From Alphaproteobacteria bacterium (GTDB lineage: Bacteria; Pseudomonadota; Alphaproteobacteria; Thalassobaculales; Thalassobaculaceae), in NCBI GenBank assembly GCA_038116915.1, contig JAYOEU010000002.1:67231-131230 (forward strand): a DNA stretch of 64,000 bases, in the 5' to 3' direction. The notes beneath the pieces are model-generated. The model was not told where the DNA came from. It saw nothing but the letters and a program-made list of their open reading frames with translations, and ran no database searches. Both the position numbers and the translations under genes were made by a program. The stretch's first letter is position 1, and each line of letters begins with the position of its first letter. Below are positions 55,478 through 64,000 of this stretch, piece after piece.

Positions 55478-57351
55478 AGGCCCGCGGCCAGCGCGATTTC
55501 CAACGCGAGCCGGCGCGCCTCGGTCTCCATCCCAAGCACATACAGTCCTCGGACGCCGTCCACCAGGACCGATGTCGGGATCTCTCCCAATGAACCCGCG
55601 CCGAGGGCAATGGTGATCAGCGAAACCGTTTCGCCCACTCGGCCGTCATCCACTGCGCCCGCGAGGGCCCGGGAGACCGCGAAACCGGGGCCGGACCCGG
55701 CCTCGGGCTTCGAACCATCGACCAGACCGCGCCAGGCCGTTTGCGGCACCGGATCATCGAGTGCTTCGAGCAGACCGAATAACAAGGCCGCCCGCCGGCT
55801 TGCGTTCTGGGGGTCGCTCTCGCGTTTCCAGTCCCACCAGCCCTGAAGACGGTCCGCCCGCCATTCCGAGATCTCGTCACCACCGACGAGGCGGGCCAGG
55901 GGCCATAGCCTGCGCCATGCAGCTCCGATCTCCGGCTTGAAAGTGGACTCGCGTTCGGCGACTCCCAGCCAAGCCCGGGCCGCGTCGAATTCATGAACCG
56001 CGAGCAGCAGCAGCGCGCCGTCGGCGGCGAACCAGCCAAGCTGGGAGGTTACGTTGAGTTCTCGGGCGAGTGGGGCGTAGACCCGCGCCGTCTGCCCGAG
56101 GGTGCGCCGTTCTCGCGCGACATCCGCCGCCTGCTTGATCGCCTGGGCCCTACCGAAGTCGGACCCTTGCGCCCGGGTCGCGCGATACAGCAGTCCCCGT
56201 CCGGTCGGGCTCGGGTCGGCCGCCGCGACCGAAGCGGCGCTTTCGAGGAGTTCCGGGCTGACCTGCATGGCTTCATAGACCGCGACCAGTTCGGCAGCTT
56301 CGGCGATACCCGCTGTCTCGGCCTTTTCCACGAGCGCAAAACGGCTCGCGGGAGTGATGCTCGGATCGTTGATGAAGGCGCGCAACAGCCAGCGCGGTGG
56401 TGTGGCATCTCCCGGATCCGGCAGGCCGGCCCGGGCCGCCCGTGCCATGGCGACGTCAAGCGGACGCAGAGTGGCCGCCCGCATCTTTTCGGTGGCGCCT
56501 TTCTCTCCGCCGATCGCGCGCATCAGGGTGAAGAAAACCTCATCGCCCTCGTTCAATTCGATCAGCAGTCGCATGCCGAAATCGACTTTTTCCCAGGCGC
56601 CGTTCAAGGCTTCGCAGAAAACCAGGGCTTTCTGCCAATATCGGTCAGCTGATTTGTCGACCCACTTGGCCACGGTATCGCAGGCCCGACCCGTGTCGTT
56701 GCGCAAGAACGCTATGTCGGCCGTAAGCTTCGAGAGGTTTTCCTCCTGATGTCCCGGCGGGACAACCGCCAGCAATGCCGCCGCCGATGCGAGGTCGCCG
56801 GATCGGAAAAGCGCGTGCACACGGTGGTACAACCGCGACTCGGTGGGGGCGCCGTCGGGGGCGGGCGGTGTCGCCGGCGGCACCGCGGCACGGGACAGCA
56901 GCAAACGTCTTCTCAGATCCAGAGCGGTCCGCGATACCGGAGCCTCGGGCAGCAACCGGATCATGGCGTTGATCACGGTCCTTGGCGTGTCGCGCCACAA
57001 ATCGGTGTCGAACCCACCGGACGCCACGTCCAGCACGCCGACGGTCTCATCGGTCAGGGCATTCAGGCTGTCGATGCTGATGCCGGACTTGCCTTGCGGC
57101 GTCGCGTCCGAAGGGGTTGTTTTTGGCGCCGCCGGGTCCGGTGTCGGAGCGGCAGGCGATGGCACGGTGCCGCGGGAGTCGGGGTTGACCTTGAATCCCA
57201 GCGGTTTTGTCGGGAGCAGGGAGCGCGGTGTTTGCGCGACGGCGAGCGCCGGAATCAGCCACGCCGCGACAAACAGACCAACAAAGACCGCGGCGACGGA
57301 GCGGCCCGGCGCCGGGCAATGGTCCGCGCGGCTAGCGCGACAGCTTCTCAT
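55474..57351 (-). CDS. hypothetical secreted protein with Pro/Ala-rich linker and helical repeat-like body (625 aa)
   Basis: Has a signal-peptide-like AAVFVGLFVAAWLIPALAVAQ followed by PSPAAPTPDPAAPKTTP. The stop overlaps the xerD start (ATGA). No family recognised. Confidence 0.6.
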   Translation of the reverse strand: MRSCRASRADHCPAPGRSVAAVFVGLFVAAWLIPALAVAQTPRSLLPTKPLGFKVNPDSRGTVPSPAAPTPDPAAPKTTPSDATPQGKSGISIDSLNALTDETVGVLDVASGGFDTDLWRDTPRTVINAMIRLLPEAPVSRTALDLRRRLLLSRAAVPPATPPAPDGAPTESRLYHRVHALFRSGDLASAAALLAVVPPGHQEENLSKLTADIAFLRNDTGRACDTVAKWVDKSADRYWQKALVFCEALNGAWEKVDFGMRLLIELNEGDEVFFTLMRAIGGEKGATEKMRAATLRPLDVAMARAARAGLPDPGDATPPRWLLRAFINDPSITPASRFALVEKAETAGIAEAAELVAVYEAMQVSPELLESAASVAAADPSPTGRGLLYRATRAQGSDFGRAQAIKQAADVARERRTLGQTARVYAPLARELNVTSQLGWFAADGALLLLAVHEFDAARAWLGVAERESTFKPEIGAAWRRLWPLARLVGGDEISEWRADRLQGWWDWKRESDPQNASRRAALLFGLLEALDDPVPQTAWRGLVDGSKPEAGSGPGFAVSRALAGAVDDGRVGETVSLITIALGAGSLGEIPTSVLVDGVRGLYVLGMETEARRLALEIALAAGL

Positions 57352-57469
57352 TCGGAATGACTTTCTCTACCTGTTTCGACGGCGGCGGGATGTTCCAGGT
57401 TGACAGGAACGCAAACCCTCCGGCCAGTACCGCCAACACGACGATCAGAACAATAACGGCAGACTTCAT
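57332..57469 (-). CDS. hypothetical single-pass membrane peptide (45 aa)
   Basis: Track ORF 57332..57514(-) trimmed to MKSAVIVLIVVLAVLAGGFAFLSTWNIPPP. Its 3' end overlaps the start of the 625-aa gene by 20 nt. Confidence 0.35.
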   Translation of the reverse strand: MKSAVIVLIVVLAVLAGGFAFLSTWNIPPPSKQVEKVIPNEKLSR

Positions 57470-57688
57470 GATCTCGTTCTCACGGTCCTGTTCGAGCCTC
57501 CACGCTCTCGTCAATGGCCGCTTGGGTCCGGGCGCGGGCGCGTCGATCTAGCGGCGGTTCCAAGAATCATGGTACCGTCGATTCATGGCACGATCATGGC
57601 AGGATACTTGGCGCTGGCCGTGGATTCAACGGCGCTCCAAAATTCACCGTGTGCTCCCGGTTCACCCTTCCCATGGTCGTTACGTTAG

Positions 57689-58264
57689 ATGACTTCTCAG
57701 GACATTGCCGCGAAATCCAATTTCGCCCTTCCCAAGACCGTTGTGCTCGTAGGGTTGATGGGAGCGGGAAAGACCAGCGTCGGGCGCCGGCTCGCCGATT
57801 TGTTCGACAGCCGTTTCGTCGATGCGGACAAGGAAATCGAACAGGCGGCGGGTTGCTCCATCGCGGATTTCTTTGAACGGTTCGGCGAAGAGGAATTCCG
57901 CCGTGGCGAGGAACGGGTCATCGCTCGCCTGCTTCGGGATCCGCCATGCGTTCTTGCAACTGGCGGCGGGGCGTATATGTCCGAGGACACGAGGCGGGAA
58001 ATCCGCGAACACGGACTATCGGTCTGGTTGAAGGCGGATCTGGATGTACTGTATGAACGAGTGGCCCGCCGATCTGACCGTCCCCTGCTCAAGACAGAGG
58101 ATCCCCGCGCGACGCTGGAGGCGATCATGGAAAAGCGCTATCCGGTTTACGCGCAAGCGGACCTGACAATAGAGTCCTATCGCGGCCCCATTGAGATTAC
58201 GGTCGAACGGGTTTATCGCAGATTGCTCGAGTATTTCGGCCTGACAGAGGGAGCGTGTTCATGA
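57689..58264 (+). CDS. aroK: shikimate kinase
   Basis: Has the P-loop VLVGLMGAGKTSVGRRLA, then FVDADKEIE and GGGAY. 191 aa. Confidence 0.9.
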   Translation: MTSQDIAAKSNFALPKTVVLVGLMGAGKTSVGRRLADLFDSRFVDADKEIEQAAGCSIADFFERFGEEEFRRGEERVIARLLRDPPCVLATGGGAYMSEDTRREIREHGLSVWLKADLDVLYERVARRSDRPLLKTEDPRATLEAIMEKRYPVYAQADLTIESYRGPIEITVERVYRRLLEYFGLTEGACS

Positions 58265-59391
58265 GTGCGGCGGAGACCGTCCGGGTCGATCTGGGCGCGC
58301 GCGGCTATGACATCCTAGTCGGGGCCGGCCTCATGCGGCGCCTGGGTGAAACAGTGCGCGAGCGCTTTGGCCAGCGTCGCGCCTTCGTCGTCACCGATGA
58401 GAAAGTTGCGCCACATTGGCTCGGGCCGGCGCGCGCTGGCCTGGAAGGCGCGGGAATCGAAACCCGGCAATTCGTTCTGCCGAATGGAGAAAGCACCAAG
58501 TCCTTCGGTCAGTTGGAGCGGTTGCTGGATTGGCTGCTGAGCGAAAGGGTCGGTCGGGACGGCGTCGTGATCGCGCTGGGCGGCGGCGTGGTGGGTGACC
58601 TGGCGGGCTTCGCCGCGGCAATTACCCTGCGGGGCCTCGATTTCGTTCAGGTCCCTACGACGCTCCTGGCGCAGGTCGATAGTTCCGTCGGCGGCAAGAC
58701 CGCCATCAACACCACGCACGGGAAAAATCTTGTCGGCGCCTTCCATCAACCCGGACTGGTGGTGATCGATACGGCGGTGCTCGATACCTTGCCGGATCGC
58801 GAGGTCCTCGCCGGATATGCCGAGGTCGTGAAGTACGGCCTGATCCGGGATTCCGGCTTCTTCGAATGGCTGGAGAGCAACGGCGCCAAGGTCCTGGCCG
58901 GCGATCCCGACGCGCGCCGGCACGCGGTGGTCGAAAGCTGCCGGGCCAAGGCGCGCATCGTTGCCGCCGATGAACGCGAGACGGGCGAGCGGGCATTGTT
59001 GAATTTCGGGCACACCTTCGGCCACGCCCTTGAGGCGGAGGCAGGATATGACGGCGGTGTATTGCACGGTGAGGCGGTTTCGATTGGCATGATCCTGGCG
59101 CTGGATCTGTCCAGACAAATGGGATTATGCCCCGGGCAGGACGCGGATCGCGTACGCCGGCACTTCGAAAGCGTCGGTCTTCCCTTGAATATCGCATCGA
59201 TCGGCGTGGCTCGTGACTGGAAGACGACCGACCTGATCGGCCATATGCGGCACGACAAGAAGGTACTGGCGGGCCGCATGAGGTTTATCTTGGCGCGGAG
59301 CATCGGCGATGCCTTCGTGACCGCGGACGTAAACGAGAGCGACGTCGCCGAGGTTCTGACGCAATCCCTCGCGGCGCCTCGGGCGAGCTAG
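58261..59391 (+). CDS. aroB: 3-dehydroquinate synthase
   Basis: Contains GGGVVGDLAGFAAA, SVGGKTAIN and HTFGHALE motifs. The ATG at 58261 overlaps the aroK stop (ATGA); the track start is GTG 58255. Confidence 0.9.
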   Translation: MSAAETVRVDLGARGYDILVGAGLMRRLGETVRERFGQRRAFVVTDEKVAPHWLGPARAGLEGAGIETRQFVLPNGESTKSFGQLERLLDWLLSERVGRDGVVIALGGGVVGDLAGFAAAITLRGLDFVQVPTTLLAQVDSSVGGKTAINTTHGKNLVGAFHQPGLVVIDTAVLDTLPDREVLAGYAEVVKYGLIRDSGFFEWLESNGAKVLAGDPDARRHAVVESCRAKARIVAADERETGERALLNFGHTFGHALEAEAGYDGGVLHGEAVSIGMILALDLSRQMGLCPGQDADRVRRHFESVGLPLNIASIGVARDWKTTDLIGHMRHDKKVLAGRMRFILARSIGDAFVTADVNESDVAEVLTQSLAAPRAS

Positions 59392-59397
59392 GGGATC

Positions 59398-60726
59398 GTG
59401 CCGGTGACACTCGAAATTGGGCTGCTGGACCAAGGGGACATCGCAACAATCGCTGCAATTCTGGTCCTTATCCTTCTGTCTGCGTTCTTTTCCGGGTCGG
59501 AGACCGCGCTGACCGCTGCATCGGAAGCCCGGATCCATCAATTGTCGTTGCGCGGCCAAAAGCGGGCCAAAACTGTGCTTCGTCTGCGTGAGCGCAACGA
59601 AACCCTGATCGGCTCGATTCTGATCGGCAACAACATAACCAATATCTGCGCCTCGGCGCTTGCCACAAGCCTCATGATCACGTTGTTCGGCGAAGCCGGT
59701 GTCGCGTACGCAACCCTGGGTATGACCATTCTGGTCGTGATTTTCGCCGAAGTGATGCCGAAGACCTATGCGATCAACAATGCCGATCGTTCGGCTCTCG
59801 CGGTAGCGCCCCTGGTCAATGCATTGGTGTGGCTTCTCAAACCCTTCAGCATCGCGGTCCGCTGGATTGTTCTCGGTGTTCTGAAGCTGTTCGGTGTGCG
59901 GACACTGGCAATGGTTGATGAGGAAAAACACGAGGAAGAGCTGCGCGGGATGATCGATCTGCACCGCGGATCGGGACCGGATGTCAGCGAGGAACGGGCG
60001 ATGCTGCGCAGCATTCTCGATCTGGGCGAAGTCTGGGTGGAAGAGATCATGACCCACCGCCGCAATGTGGCGATGATCGATGCCGACCTGCCGCTTGAGA
60101 CCATCCTGGACGAGGCGATGGAAAGCCCCTACACCCGGATCCCGCTCTACCGCGGCAATCAGGATGAGATTATCGGCATTCTGCACGGCAAAGCGTTGCT
60201 GCGGGCAATCCGTGGTCACGATGGCGAGGATCCCGCGAACCTCGATATCGAGAAAATCGCGACCCCGCCTTGGTTCATTCCGGAATCGAACAATCTGCTT
60301 GATCAGCTCCAGGAGTTCCGGGCCCGGCGTGAACATTTCGCGGTCGTCGTGGATGAATACGGAACTTTTCAGGGGGTTGTGACCCTGGAGGATATTCTCG
60401 AGGAAATCGTCGGGGAAATTGATGACGAGCACGACATTTCGGTCCCGGGCCTGCGTGTTCAGTCGGACGGCTCCTACCTGGTGAACGGCACCGTCACCAT
60501 CCGAGACCTTAACCGGGAATTGGATTGGCGATTGCCCGATGAGGATGCATCGACCATAGCGGGACTGGTGCTCCATGAGGCCCGGGTGATTCCTAATGTT
60601 GGTCAGGAATTCCTGTTTCACGGCTTTCGGTTCAAGATCCTTCGGCGGCAGCGCAATCAGATTACGCAAATTCGCATCTGGAAAGTCGAACCGAGTTCGG
60701 AGAAGGCGGGAGCCGATCAGGCCTGA
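59398..60726 (+). CDS. HlyC/CorC (CNNM) family transporter: DUF21 + CBS pair + CorC_HlyC domain
   Basis: LLSAFFSGSETALTAAS marks the DUF21 domain, followed by a CBS pair and the C-terminal transporter-associated region ...DGSYLVNGTVTIRDLNRELDW... 442 aa. Confidence 0.85.
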   Translation: MPVTLEIGLLDQGDIATIAAILVLILLSAFFSGSETALTAASEARIHQLSLRGQKRAKTVLRLRERNETLIGSILIGNNITNICASALATSLMITLFGEAGVAYATLGMTILVVIFAEVMPKTYAINNADRSALAVAPLVNALVWLLKPFSIAVRWIVLGVLKLFGVRTLAMVDEEKHEEELRGMIDLHRGSGPDVSEERAMLRSILDLGEVWVEEIMTHRRNVAMIDADLPLETILDEAMESPYTRIPLYRGNQDEIIGILHGKALLRAIRGHDGEDPANLDIEKIATPPWFIPESNNLLDQLQEFRARREHFAVVVDEYGTFQGVVTLEDILEEIVGEIDDEHDISVPGLRVQSDGSYLVNGTVTIRDLNRELDWRLPDEDASTIAGLVLHEARVIPNVGQEFLFHGFRFKILRRQRNQITQIRIWKVEPSSEKAGADQA

Positions 60727-60845
60727 TCAATCATGGCGATGGCCGGTCATCTCCGCTAGAGTCCGCCCAGGACGCAGGCGCGGGGTGAAACCACGACCGA
60801 ATCGAGCCTCGTATTTTGTCCGGAAACAGTATCGAGGGAGCGGGG

Positions 60846-61274
60846 ATGCGCAGAATCATGCCGGATGTGGTTGGCTCTCATCCACTTACGACGATTTCCC
60901 CCGACAGCTTGGTGATAGAAGCCGTGAAACTCATGGCGGAGCGCCGGATCGGCGCCATTCTCGTGACCCGGGAACAGCAGCTTGTCGGTATCATCACCGA
61001 ACGCGATATCGTGTTCCGCGTGGTCGCGGCCAAACGCGATCCCGAGACCACGTTGGTCTCCGACGTCATGACCGCGGACCCGGATGTCATTGCGCCGGGC
61101 GAGGACGTGATGAGCGGGCTCGAACGCATGCAAAGCGGCGGCTACCGTCATCTGCCGGTGGTTGATGACGGCGCGCTCGTTGGAATCGTATCCATCCGGG
61201 ACATCTATGCCAGTGTTCGCGCCGAGCTCGAGGAAGCGGTGATCGAACGGGATGCGTTTCTTTCCAGTGGATAG
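60846..61274 (+). CDS. CBS domain-containing protein
   Basis: Trimmed to MRRIMPDVVGSHPLTTISPDSLVIEAVKLMAERRIGAILV. Has two CBS repeats (..GIITERDI.., ..GIVSIRDI..). 142 aa. Confidence 0.8.
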   Translation: MRRIMPDVVGSHPLTTISPDSLVIEAVKLMAERRIGAILVTREQQLVGIITERDIVFRVVAAKRDPETTLVSDVMTADPDVIAPGEDVMSGLERMQSGGYRHLPVVDDGALVGIVSIRDIYASVRAELEEAVIERDAFLSSG

Positions 61275-61393
61275 TCCGGAAGTCCGTCGTCAGACGAGTC
61301 AAACCCGAGGTTGACCGGATTTGGCGAGGGACTATCTTCACGGTAATCCGGCGGTTAGCCGGCCGTCCACGCCCGCTTCTAGGAATTTCTTTC

Positions 61394-61984
61394 ATGCCTC
61401 TTTCTCCCGCCGCGCCGCGAGAGCCTCTGCATATCCGAACGGTGACCTGTAAGGGATATCTGCGCGAAGATGGACTGTGGGATATCGAAGGCCATTTGAC
61501 CGACGAGAAAACCTATGGTTTCGACAATGAGCATCGCGGCCATGTCGAGCCTGGCAACCCAGTTCATGACATGTGGATCCGTCTTACCGTGGACAATGAT
61601 TTCCTGGTTCGGGACGCCGAAGCGGCCACCGAGGCCAGCCCCTATTCAATCTGTCCGAATATCACGGTGAACTTCGAGCGGCTGAAGGGCCTGACCATCG
61701 GTCCGGGTTGGCGCAAGCGGGTTCACGAGCGGCTCGGCGGGGTACATGGATGCACGCATCTTGTGGAACTGCTCGGGCCGATTGCGACGACGGCCTATCA
61801 GACGATCCATTCAGCCAAGGCGCGAGCCCGGCGCGAGGCACGGATGGCCAACGATGACCCGCGTGAACAGCCGGCCAGCGGTAGCGGTCGTCCTCGTTTG
61901 CTCAACACTTGTCATGCCTTCGGTGAATCGAGTCCGGTCGTAAAGAAATACTGGCCGGACTTCTACAAGGCGCCGTCCGCCTGA
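61394..61984 (+). CDS. DUF2889 domain-containing protein
   Basis: The segments LHIRTVTCKGYLREDGLWDIEGHLTD and ...GVHGCTHLVELLGPIATTAYQTI resemble the DUF2889 family. 196 aa. Confidence 0.6.
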   Translation: MPLSPAAPREPLHIRTVTCKGYLREDGLWDIEGHLTDEKTYGFDNEHRGHVEPGNPVHDMWIRLTVDNDFLVRDAEAATEASPYSICPNITVNFERLKGLTIGPGWRKRVHERLGGVHGCTHLVELLGPIATTAYQTIHSAKARARREARMANDDPREQPASGSGRPRLLNTCHAFGESSPVVKKYWPDFYKAPSA

Positions 61985-62002
61985 TCCTACGGACGGCTCA
62001 TA

Positions 62003-62332
62003 TTACCGTTGCCCGAAAATTTCACGGAGGGTCGGTTCGATGCCGATCGCGCCGACAGTCCCGGTCGGGCGCCCGGATAGATGGGCTTGGCTCGACGCCA
62101 GCGTTTGCTCCATCAACTCGGCAAGCTTTTGAAAATAGGCGAGCACAAACACGCGAACTGCGGATGTCGTTGAGGTTTTCCCTCGCCATCCGTCGATTTC
62201 CGTCGCCAATTCGTTGATCGACCTGTCTTCACGCTCGGATATGGAGGCGAGTGCGCTCCACATGGATGGCTCAAGCCGCATGCTGGTGCGGCGCGACCCG
62301 ACCATTACGTTTTTGCTAACTAGTGTTGACAA
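62003..62332 (-). CDS. ribbon-helix-helix domain protein (RHH_7-like)
   Basis: GSRRTSMRLEPSMWSALASISEREDRSINELATEID...SAVRVFVLAYF matches the RHH_7 pattern (RTS-SLEP-FW...L...ID...SA-RVFVL-YY). The start is uncertain (TTG 62332 or ATG 62305). Confidence 0.6.
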   Translation of the reverse strand: MSTLVSKNVMVGSRRTSMRLEPSMWSALASISEREDRSINELATEIDGWRGKTSTTSAVRVFVLAYFQKLAELMEQTLASSQAHLSGRPTGTVGAIGIEPTLREIFGQR

Positions 62333-62500
62333 GGGTCACCCGGGTACGTTGCGGGATGACGAAGCCACGTAAAACGTGCTTCGAATTTAAGGAAAACCTA
62401 CAGAGTCATGCAAATTTTGCAACCATAAAAAGACAAGTTTAAATCTTGTCCATTGTTAGTTGCGGTCGATCGACTGAAAAATCTTTTAGTTTTCGTCGGC

Positions 62501-62761
62501 TTATCGCGCCGACGCGCTGATGCTGAGCGCGTGGACCGGCCCCGCCAGTTCCTCGGCCAGAATTTTGTTGATCCGGCGCTGTGCTGCGAGGCGGTTTTGC
62601 CCTTCGAACGCAGCCGATACCACGACAACTTTGAAATGCGTCTCCCCTTCGGGGCGGGCGCCAATATGTCCGGCATGCAAATGGGACTCATCGATAATCT
62701 CCAGATGGCTGGGCGACAACTCGGCGGTCAGCTTGTTCCGGATGGACTGCGCGACGGACAT
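62501..62761 (-). CDS. bolA: BolA family protein
   Basis: Trimmed to MSVAQSIRNKLTAELSPSHLEIIDESHLHAGH...FKVVVVSAAFEGQNRLAAQRRINKIL. 86 aa. Confidence 0.85.
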   Translation of the reverse strand: MSVAQSIRNKLTAELSPSHLEIIDESHLHAGHIGARPEGETHFKVVVVSAAFEGQNRLAAQRRINKILAEELAGPVHALSISASAR

Positions 62762-62794
62762 GGTGCGTTCTCTTTCGGCTTTGGCTATGGTGTG

Positions 62795-63466
62795 ATGTTG
62801 AATGACACGCGTGTGCGTCGCGGGCAAGGCTTCGTGGACGCATCTGAAACCGGGACCGGCTCTTTGGCGCGAGCAAGAAAATACAGTGCGGGACGCGACG
62901 GAGCCGAGGCTTTACGTCTTGAAGGCCTCGACGTCGGCGTGTCGACACGTTTTTGCGACGTCGAGGGCTGTACCGAGGAAGCGCAACATCGGGCGCCCAA
63001 GTCACCAGGCCGCCTGACCGACTATTTCTGGTTCTGCCTTGAACACGTGCGAACCTACAATAAATCCTGGAACTACTACGCGAACATGTCTGATGACGAG
63101 GTGGAGGCCGCGATTCGCAGGGCCACCACCTGGGAACGTCCGAGTTGGCGGTTTGGGGCCCGCCGCAACGATGGACGAGCATTCGACCCTTCAAGATTCA
63201 GGGACGATTTCGGATTGTTCGACGAGGAGCGCCCCGGCGGTTCGGCGGGGTCCAAATCCGAGCGTCGGAATACCGCGACACCCGAGGCACGGGCGGCGGC
63301 GGTGATGGGGCTAACGCTCCCGGTGACGATGCAGGAACTCAAGGTCCGGTACAAGGAATTGGCCAAACTCAATCATCCGGATCGCAATGGTGGTGACAAG
63401 GAAGCGGAAGAGAGGTTGAAATTGATCAACGAGGCCTATACGACACTCAAGCGCTTTCTTAACTAG
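62795..63466 (+). CDS. J domain-containing protein (C-terminal DnaJ domain, N-terminal Cys/His motif)
   Basis: This is the C-terminal part of track ORF 62453..63466. It contains CDVEGCTEEAQHRAP...FWFCLEHVRTYNKSWNYY and the J domain LKVRYKELAKLNHPDRNGGD. The start is set at ATG 62795, outside the bolA antisense region. Confidence 0.75.
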   Translation: MLNDTRVRRGQGFVDASETGTGSLARARKYSAGRDGAEALRLEGLDVGVSTRFCDVEGCTEEAQHRAPKSPGRLTDYFWFCLEHVRTYNKSWNYYANMSDDEVEAAIRRATTWERPSWRFGARRNDGRAFDPSRFRDDFGLFDEERPGGSAGSKSERRNTATPEARAAAVMGLTLPVTMQELKVRYKELAKLNHPDRNGGDKEAEERLKLINEAYTTLKRFLN

Positions 63467-63529
63467 GCGAGGGCCGCCGAATTTCGATCCCGGGACCAGG
63501 CGGTCAATATCATTCCAACAACACTGGAA

Positions 63530-64000
63530 ATGGCCATGTCGGCAGCACACATCTATGAGCGGAAGCCCGCGCACCATATCGAGAAACCGGACACCGAGAT
63601 TTCGGTCCGCGAGGTCTTTGGCATCGACATCGACATGAAAGCGCCGGCCTTCTCGGAAGCGAGCGAGTATGTCCCGCTTCTGGACGAAGCCTATCTCTTC
63701 GATCAGGAAACCACACTGGCGATCCTCGCCGGGTTCACCCATAACCGCCGGGTGATGATCCAGGGCTATCACGGCACCGGAAAGTCGACCCATATCGAAC
63801 AGGTCGCCGCGCGGCTGAACTGGCCCTGTGTCCGGGTCAATTTGGATAGTCATATCAGTCGCATCGACCTTGTGGGCAAGGACGCGATCGTGCTCCGCGA
63901 CGGGAAGCAGGTCACCGAGTTCCGCGAGGGCATTCTGCCCTGGTCGCTGCAAAATCCGGTGGCGCTGGTCTTTGACGAATACGACGCCGGACGCGCCGAC
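63530..64000 (+). CDS. cobS: cobaltochelatase subunit CobS (5' part; runs off window end)
   Basis: Manual translation gives MAMSAAHIYERKPAHHIEKPDTEISVREVFGIDIDMKAPAFS...VMIQGYHGTGKSTHIEQVAARLNWPCVRVNLDSHISRIDLVGKD (AAA/MoxR-type Walker A). The frame is open to nt 64000, so the ORF is absent from the track. Confidence 0.85.
   Translation, partial: MAMSAAHIYERKPAHHIEKPDTEISVREVFGIDIDMKAPAFSEASEYVPLLDEAYLFDQETTLAILAGFTHNRRVMIQGYHGTGKSTHIEQVAARLNWPCVRVNLDSHISRIDLVGKDAIVLRDGKQVTEFREGILPWSLQNPVALVFDEYDAGRAD

Noticed and set aside
63467-63529. A possible cobalamin riboswitch upstream of cobS (also checked upstream of the met operon).
   Set aside because: The intergenic spaces (63 nt here; about 196 nt of AT-rich promoter before sahR) show no B12-box-like element, and the cobS gap is too short to hold one. 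No SAM-II-like pseudoknot motif was seen either.
1-64000. Defence systems, CRISPR arrays, toxin-antitoxin pairs, prophage or integrative elements.
   Set aside because: I found no direct-repeat/spacer arrays. I also found no nuclease/helicase/methylase gene clusters, no small paired ORFs with TA character and no phage structural genes. The lone RHH gene has no adjacent toxin candidate.

Overview
This is a high-GC chromosomal segment. Hand counts of single 60-nt lines give about 60-75% G+C in core genes. The synteny looks alphaproteobacterial: thrS-infC, accA/xerD, aroK-aroB, comF...grxC-nitrilase, and bolA / J-domain protein / cobS. I can support about 60 protein-coding genes. I found no rRNA, tRNA, CRISPR array, transposase or phage gene. 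Most of the content is housekeeping or metabolic: cfa, mnmC, pirin, a UDG-family gene, two HAAT(Liv)-type ABC importers, an acyl-CoA dehydrogenase, several SDRs, thrS, infC, hemH, an LLM-monooxygenase/SDR/hydrolase operon, mmsB, a CoA-transferase, a GST, grxC, accA, xerD, aroKB, a CorC/CBS pair, bolA and cobS. Five things stand out. (1) A methionine-cycle operon reads sahR-like regulator - metF - cysteine-less paralogue of the homocysteine-binding domain - split metH. The five ORFs are chained by 1-4 nt start/stop overlaps and preceded by a 32-bp imperfect palindrome. (2) A hybrid sensor kinase of about 1,124 codons is interrupted by one in-frame TAG inside its DHp domain. (3) A visibly lower-GC divergent five-gene sugar-nucleotide/glycan-modification islet sits between metH and a NDUFAF5-like methyltransferase/comF. 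It contains an AsnB homologue without its nucleophile, an epimerase, an SpsF-like cytidylyltransferase, an orphan 121-aa ORF and a methyltransferase. A solitary lower-GC surface-carbohydrate-type gene lies about 6 kb further on. (4) infC most likely starts at ATC. (5) There are REP/MITE-like hairpin repeats in two intergenic regions. None of these is demonstrably a new system from sequence alone; the met-operon pseudo-domain and the glycan islet are the best candidates for follow-up. All calls rest on by-eye motif recognition and the supplied ORF track. No searches were run, and start codons may be off by a few codons.
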